Positions 37,021 through 41,492 of a stretch of DNA of 41,492 nt are shown here, piece after piece. A program made the position numbers and the translations under genes. Below the pieces are notes generated by a model. It did no database searches. It saw only the letters and a program-made list of their open reading frames with translations, and was not told the DNA's origin. Origin of the DNA: an uncultured Cytophagales bacterium. Lineage in GTDB: Bacteria > Bacteroidota > Bacteroidia > Cytophagales > Amoebophilaceae. The stretch is from positions 1-41,492 of the forward strand of contig CAMEYY010000001.1 in the NCBI GenBank assembly GCA_945947725.1, written 5' to 3'. Position 1 is the first letter of the stretch; every line of letters begins with the position of its first letter.

Positions 37021-38337
37021 TTATTGTTGAGAGAGTAAGTACGCAAGTAACATCTTCTCTTTTAGATTATACCTCGTTGTTGGACAAGGTAGATTTCCAT
37101 CCTGCCACTGTTTTGGGCAAGCTCCTGCACAAGTAGGAAATATCTTACATTTTCTACATGGAGAATCAGCGTCGGTAATCTTTTTAAATTTTTCAAACAC
37201 ATCTCTCGCTCTACATACTCCCATTTCTAAATCACCAATCTGATATTTATGTAAACCATTCTCTATATACGCATCAACTAAACCCACCTCGGAGCAAGGA
37301 AATAGATTGCCTTCAGGATCGGACATTATCGCATGTTCACTAGTATACAAACAACCATATTTTCGTTTTGGCAAAGGTTTCACTCTAAAACCTAGTTCTA
37401 TCAACTTCGACATTGCCTGGATCTCCAAGTTAGCAAATTCTTCTTGTTCTATAGCTTTTTCTCCTGCATCATTACCCCAATCATGAATAGGCGCAAGGTA
37501 AACAAAAAGATTTTTATATCTTTCCAAATGATCTGCATGTAAAATATCTATCAAATGAAAAATCGCCTCGCTATTCCTCATATCGACATTACATCTCAAT
37601 GTTACTTCAACTTCAGGATTATTTTCAACAATTTTCAAAAGACCTTTAAAGTTATTATACACGTCATCAAAAGTTCCTTGTTTCCCTTTCAGACAACGTC
37701 GTGCATTATGTTCTTCTGCGTTACCATCTATTGTTATTCCCCAAAAATTGATCTTGCATTTTTTTACACAAATATTGGCACGCTCCTCTGTTAATAAAGA
37801 AGCATTAGTTGCAATATGAGATACATATTTAACATTTTCTTCTTTACAAAGTTGTATCAATCTTGGAGCTAAACTTTCAATAACATCCAAAGCCAATATA
37901 GGTTCTCCTCCAAACCACCCTAAAAACAACTCTTCAAATTTTTTTGTTTGTAATTTCGTTTTAATATCTTCAAAAATACGATCTTGATTTTCTTTTGACA
38001 GTTTTACATTTTTATGATTTTGTCCACAATAATCACATCCAAAATTACAAGTTCCACTTACCATCACCACATATCTCAACGTCCTATTTACAAGAGTTTT
38101 ATTCTCTTCTAAAATTTCTTTAAACTCATCTACAGTATCGTTAACTAAAAAATCTTCCACGAAAGCTTGAGGTATTTTCTCAAGAGAGTTTCCATTTTGC
38201 AAAATCACGTTAATCTCTTCCCAAAAGACTTTTGAAACAATAGAGAGCTTACTATTCTTAGAATTAAAAATTGCTACTAAATCCTTATTATCTTTACAAA
38301 ACTCAACAGTTTCGACAAAATTCGATATTTTCAACAT
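37021..38337 (-). CDS. Radical SAM / SPASM-domain peptide-modifying enzyme with N-terminal RRE-like extension
   Basis: CNFGCDYC (Cx3Cx2C) at residues ~102-109 of the track ORF. C-terminal SPASM motif CRKCKIFPTCAGACP (Cx2Cx5Cx3C). About 95 aa precede the cluster, with a PqqD-like pattern (LVAIFNSKNSKLSIVSKVFWEEINVILQNGNSLEKI). ATG at 38337 preferred; GTG at 38352 is possible. Confidence 0.85.
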   Translation of the reverse strand: MLKISNFVETVEFCKDNKDLVAIFNSKNSKLSIVSKVFWEEINVILQNGNSLEKIPQAFVEDFLVNDTVDEFKEILEENKTLVNRTLRYVVMVSGTCNFGCDYCGQNHKNVKLSKENQDRIFEDIKTKLQTKKFEELFLGWFGGEPILALDVIESLAPRLIQLCKEENVKYVSHIATNASLLTEERANICVKKCKINFWGITIDGNAEEHNARRCLKGKQGTFDDVYNNFKGLLKIVENNPEVEVTLRCNVDMRNSEAIFHLIDILHADHLERYKNLFVYLAPIHDWGNDAGEKAIEQEEFANLEIQAMSKLIELGFRVKPLPKRKYGCLYTSEHAIMSDPEGNLFPCSEVGLVDAYIENGLHKYQIGDLEMGVCRARDVFEKFKKITDADSPCRKCKIFPTCAGACPKQWQDGNLPCPTTRYNLKEKMLLAYLLSQQ

Positions 38338-38342
38338 TTTAT

Positions 38343-38399
38343 TTATAAACACAAATCACAAAGATCATGTATTCTCGCAAATACACATTCTTTGTTCAT
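38343..38399 (-). CDS. Unannotated 18-aa Cys-rich ORF (MNKECVFARIHDLCDLCL), candidate precursor peptide
   Basis: My translation of the minus strand. ATG at 38399 and TAA at 38345-38343, 5 nt upstream of the radical SAM ATG. Too short for the ORF track. It has a paralog at 31100-31276. Confidence 0.45.
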   Translation of the reverse strand: MNKECVFARIHDLCDLCL

Positions 38400-38449
38400 G
38401 CCGAGAGCGTGAGATACAAAAAAGAATAAATCAAGAAAATATCAACTTA
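38392..38449 (-). repeat. Conserved upstream-plus-start module, copy A (paralog of 31050-31107)
   Basis: See copy B. It runs from the S41 stop codon to the first three codons of the 18-aa ORF. Confidence 0.85.
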
Positions 38450-39772
38450 TTTTTTATTACTTATCAATTCATAAACTTTATCCATCGCATCTTCCGCTTT
38501 AACTAAAATATCTGGAGTTAGTCGAGCAGGATCTTTTGTTGGATCAGGACGGTAAAATTTTTTAAAAGTCGTATGGAAGACCACGTGTGAATTAGGCAAA
38601 GAAAAATCTCCTGTACAATCACCAAAACTTTCCGGTGAATTGCCTGGGACCTCTCCTATGACAGTCGCTAAATTATTGTCGGAAAAATAGTATGCAAATA
38701 TTAATCCACTACTGAAAGTTAAATTAGAAGTCAAAATATAAAAGTTACCATCAAAAAGATTGTCCTTCGACATCCAATTTTTGAGTGCTTCTTCGTTTAT
38801 TTCCTCTTTATTATTTATTATTTTATTTCCATTTCGAACTTCACTTCTTCCACCTAACTTTTTACAATTTGGATATTTTTTTAAGTACTTTATAAAATAA
38901 TTTATAACACAACTATTTCCACCCCTGTTACGCCTCAAATCAACTACGATATTGTTTATGTTATCTTTTGCAACATCGACAAAGAAACCGTCAATCATAG
39001 GTGCGTAATCGGTTCTACAATCGTCCATCTTAAAAATTCCCAAATCATTTTCTTCATCAATGACGTACGACACTGGCGGAGCAGCAGTAAAATGCTTTTT
39101 TCTAAAAATTCTAAAAAATTGTTCCTTAACAATACCTTTATCTGTGTTAAAAGTTATCTCAACAGGCTTTGTCACATCAACACCCGATCGTGCTAAAATA
39201 TCAGCGCTTAAACATTTAGACCTTTCAAAGAAAATAGCATGAGCCCATTCTTCAATTTCATAAGACCAGTGTTGTTTGAAATTTTCATACAATTCAGAAA
39301 TCTTGACCCCGTTAACTTCCATTATCTCCGCGTCTTTAAATCTTCCACTATCACAGAAAATTTTATTACCTATATTACGAGTCTGAAAAGGTAGTTGTTT
39401 ACAATTTAAAAACTTAGGACAATAAGTAACAGAGTGTGCGTCATGTAATTTTTTTAGGATACGAGAAAGTATTTTCCAAACTTCTATAGTACTCGTATGA
39501 TCTTGCAAATTTGCAATTTCAACATCTCTCTGCTGCAAAACTTCTTGAGGTACTTCCTTGATACAACTCATGTGGTGTTGTTTGACTTTATTAATCGCAA
39601 AGTCGATATCTTCTATAACTTGTTGTTTCGTAAAAAATTCATTTTTTTTACTCTGGAGCAGTTTGACAGTCTTTGTCTTTCTTGTTGTCGATGTTTTATG
39701 TTTTATAACAATTCCAATGGAAGTTAAAAGTAATAAAGTAAAAGAGCCTAAGACTTGTTTACTGATTTTCAT
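38447..39772 (-). CDS. S41 family serine peptidase (C-terminal-processing-protease-like), membrane anchored
   Basis: I prefer the ATG at 39772 (MKISKQVLGSFTLLLLTSIGIV). Motifs are VVDLRRNRGGNS and LTSNLTFSSGLIFA (catalytic Ser region). Confidence 0.8.
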   Translation of the reverse strand: MKISKQVLGSFTLLLLTSIGIVIKHKTSTTRKTKTVKLLQSKKNEFFTKQQVIEDIDFAINKVKQHHMSCIKEVPQEVLQQRDVEIANLQDHTSTIEVWKILSRILKKLHDAHSVTYCPKFLNCKQLPFQTRNIGNKIFCDSGRFKDAEIMEVNGVKISELYENFKQHWSYEIEEWAHAIFFERSKCLSADILARSGVDVTKPVEITFNTDKGIVKEQFFRIFRKKHFTAAPPVSYVIDEENDLGIFKMDDCRTDYAPMIDGFFVDVAKDNINNIVVDLRRNRGGNSCVINYFIKYLKKYPNCKKLGGRSEVRNGNKIINNKEEINEEALKNWMSKDNLFDGNFYILTSNLTFSSGLIFAYYFSDNNLATVIGEVPGNSPESFGDCTGDFSLPNSHVVFHTTFKKFYRPDPTKDPARLTPDILVKAEDAMDKVYELISNKK

Positions 39773-39782
39773 AATAATAGTT

Positions 39783-40562
39783 TTAAAAAAGTTTTTTTCT
39801 ATTAACAATTTTTAGATATAAATAAGCAATTAAAATTCCGCAGAGATGGACGAGATGAGCGACATTATCACCAGGATTGGACTGGAAGCTAGCGTGTAAT
39901 TCATACAAACCATAAAAGACGACAAAATATCGAGCTTCGACAGGAATAGGAAATAACAATAAACCTATTTTTGTATGTGGAAATAGGAAAGCGAAAGCTC
40001 CCAAGAGTCCAAAGATAGCTCCAGAAGCTCCAACAATAGGAACATCAAATTTTAACGAACATATGTGTTTTAAAATAGCAATACTTTTATCTACCAATGC
40101 AGGGTTTGTAGCATCATGAGAGAAATCGTAAATGAACTCATAATATGCATTGTACATCAACTCGTAATGATTTTTCAGAAAATTGCTAAAGAGTTCAGGT
40201 GTAGGATTTAAAATGTATTGATTATAAAAATCCAAATTAGCATTTCCGAAATACAGGTATACAAGATATAAAATCGAAGCACCGATTCCTGCTGTAAGGT
40301 AAAGACCAGTAAATTTTTTCGATGATAAGGTATTTTCTAAAATAGGTCCAAAAGTACACAACGTAAGCATGTTACTAAAGAGATGTGAAAAGTTAGCATG
40401 GACGAAGAGATGTGTTAAAATTTGGTACGGTCTAAAATAATTTGAGTGTAGATCTCGCAGCCCAAAAATACGGATGAGATCTATATGCAAGAAACTCGTC
40501 ACCAGGTAAACACACAGATTGATGATGAGAATTTTTTTGACGACAGGACTTAACTTAAACAT
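39783..40562 (-). CDS. Rhomboid family intramembrane serine protease
   Basis: 259 aa, polytopic. HLFVHANFSHLFSNM, catalytic GASGAIFG, and AHLVHLCG. Confidence 0.85.
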   Translation of the reverse strand: MFKLSPVVKKILIINLCVYLVTSFLHIDLIRIFGLRDLHSNYFRPYQILTHLFVHANFSHLFSNMLTLCTFGPILENTLSSKKFTGLYLTAGIGASILYLVYLYFGNANLDFYNQYILNPTPELFSNFLKNHYELMYNAYYEFIYDFSHDATNPALVDKSIAILKHICSLKFDVPIVGASGAIFGLLGAFAFLFPHTKIGLLLFPIPVEARYFVVFYGLYELHASFQSNPGDNVAHLVHLCGILIAYLYLKIVNRKKLF

Positions 40563-40620
40563 TTTATTTTGGTCTTTTTTATGAGCGATTTACTACTTTA
40601 TTATAATATAAAGTTTAGCC

Positions 40621-41454
40621 GTGTTTGATAAGTTAAATGAAATCTATAAAGAATACGAAACTCTCCGCGATAAATTGATGCAGCCGGAAGTTGTTGTTGA
40701 TTTTGCGTTATATTCGGAGTTGAATAAGTCTTTAAAAAAAATAGAACCTATCGTCGTCGTTTATGAAAATTTCATGAAGAAATCGAAACAGCTTGAAGAT
40801 GATAAGGTTTTATTAAATCAAGAGAAAGATGATGAGATCCGTGCGATGGTTAAAGAAGATATCTTCGCATTGGAAGAGGAGTTGAAGGTTATGGAGGAAG
40901 AGTTGAAAGGTTTATTAGTTCCTAAAGATCCCAATGATGATAAAAATGCGATTTTGGAATTGCGAGCAGGAACGGGAGGAGATGAGGCAGGAATTTTTGT
41001 AGGAGATGTTTTTAGAATGTATTGTCGTTATGCAGAGAAGATGAAGTGGAAGGTTAGTGTCGTAGAAAGTGTGGAAAGTGGTTCTGGAGGATATAAAGAA
41101 ATCGTTTGTAATATAACGGGGGATGAAGTGTATGGAAAATTAAAATTCGAATCCGGTGTCCATCGTGTACAAAGAGTACCTGCAACAGAGACGCAAGGAC
41201 GTATTCATACCTCAGCAATAAGTATTGTCGTTTTACCTGAAGTCGATGATGTAGATATAGACCTCAATATGAACGATATACGTAAAGATACTTTCTGTTC
41301 TTCTGGTGCCGGGGGACAATCTGTTAATACAACTTATTCCGCTATTCGTTTAACGCATATCCCTACAGGAATTGTAATCTCCTGTCAGGATGAGAAATCA
41401 CAGCTGAAAAATAAGGATAAAGCCCTGCATATAAAGGTATACATATTGACATAA
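40621..41454 (+). CDS. prfA: Peptide chain release factor 1, 3'-disrupted
   Basis: GTG start. PAT tripeptide (RF1 type) and GGQ motif ([11 protein letters not shown]). Homology ends after ..QLKNKDKAL (nt 41427), then 8 unrelated codons and a stop. About 80-90 C-terminal residues are missing. Confidence 0.85.
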   Translation: MFDKLNEIYKEYETLRDKLMQPEVVVDFALYSELNKSLKKIEPIVVVYENFMKKSKQLEDDKVLLNQEKDDEIRAMVKEDIFALEEELKVMEEELKGLLVPKDPNDDKNAILELRAGTGGDEAGIFVGDVFRMYCRYAEKMKWKVSVVESVESGSGGYKEIVCNITGDEVYGKLKFESGVHRVQRVPATETQGRIHTSAISIVVLPEVDDVDIDLNMNDIRKDTFCSSGAGGQSVNTTYSAIRLTHIPTGIVISCQDEKSQLKNKDKALHIKVYILT

Positions 41455-41492
41455 TTATGTATATGAAATATAATTTTTGTTGAAATAACATA

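Noticed and set aside
36607-37136. ORFs 36607..36915 (-) and 36915..37136 (+)
   Set aside because: The first overlaps the permease-like fragment in another frame and has odd composition (Y/C/H-rich). The second is antisense to the 3' end of the rSAM gene. Neither has any motif.
1677-39815. Many 60-116-aa ORFs nested inside or antisense to long conserved genes. Examples are 1677..1889, 2417..2617, 3026..3349, 3573..3896, 4166..4408, 5114..5356, 14292..14495, 15030..15296, 22317..22762, 26271..26471, 29126..29641, 33261..33548 and 39497..39815.
   Set aside because: They are shadow ORFs of well-supported genes on the other strand or frame. Their compositions are typical of out-of-frame translation (S/C/F/L-rich), with no motifs.

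Overview
Gene-dense, AT-rich bacterial chromosomal segment. Hand-counted 60-nt samples gave about 17% GC in intergenic DNA and about 30-42% GC in coding DNA. The odd window length and a gene broken at the 3' edge suggest this is a whole assembly contig. The protein architectures look like a reduced, probably host-associated Bacteroidota-like genome: FtsH with a long periplasmic N-terminal region, a small stand-alone HsdR_N-type protein, a DUF4015-like protein, a receiver-less sigma-54 AAA+ activator and a MOP flippase. I cannot confirm taxonomy without a database search. Housekeeping genes I recognise are ftsH, mnmE, priA, an M13 peptidase, an RsmI-like methylase, alaS, a Sua5/TsaC-type gene, tRNA-Arg(CCT), dnaN, an ABC ATPase, pyrG, mnmG, ddl, hppA, a rhomboid protease and a 3'-disrupted prfA. 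Between them sit at least six predicted lipoproteins, several with tandem or coiled-coil repeats and signs of decay or phase variation. I saw no rRNA, CRISPR array, transposase, integrase or phage genes. Three things stand out. (1) At 36.5-40.6 kb there is a same-strand cluster: rhomboid, S41 peptidase, an unannotated 18-aa Cys-rich ORF, and a radical SAM/SPASM enzyme with an RRE-like N-terminal extension. It abuts what looks like the 3' remnant of an aromatic amino acid permease. The tiny ORF and its ~50-nt upstream region have a clear paralog 7 kb away at 31050-31276. Together these look like a candidate, uncharacterised RiPP-type peptide-modification system. (2) At 32.6-33.0 kb there is an oriC-like region with six perfect DnaA boxes and an AT-rich unwinding tract. 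It also carries an anomalous 84%-GC island and a G6-T3-G6 motif, and it is not next to dnaA or dnaN. (3) Several core genes look structurally degenerate: PriA lacks helicase motifs, an FtsK-like protein consists only of the membrane domain, the sigma-54 activator lacks receiver and HTH domains, and prfA is cut short at the window edge.
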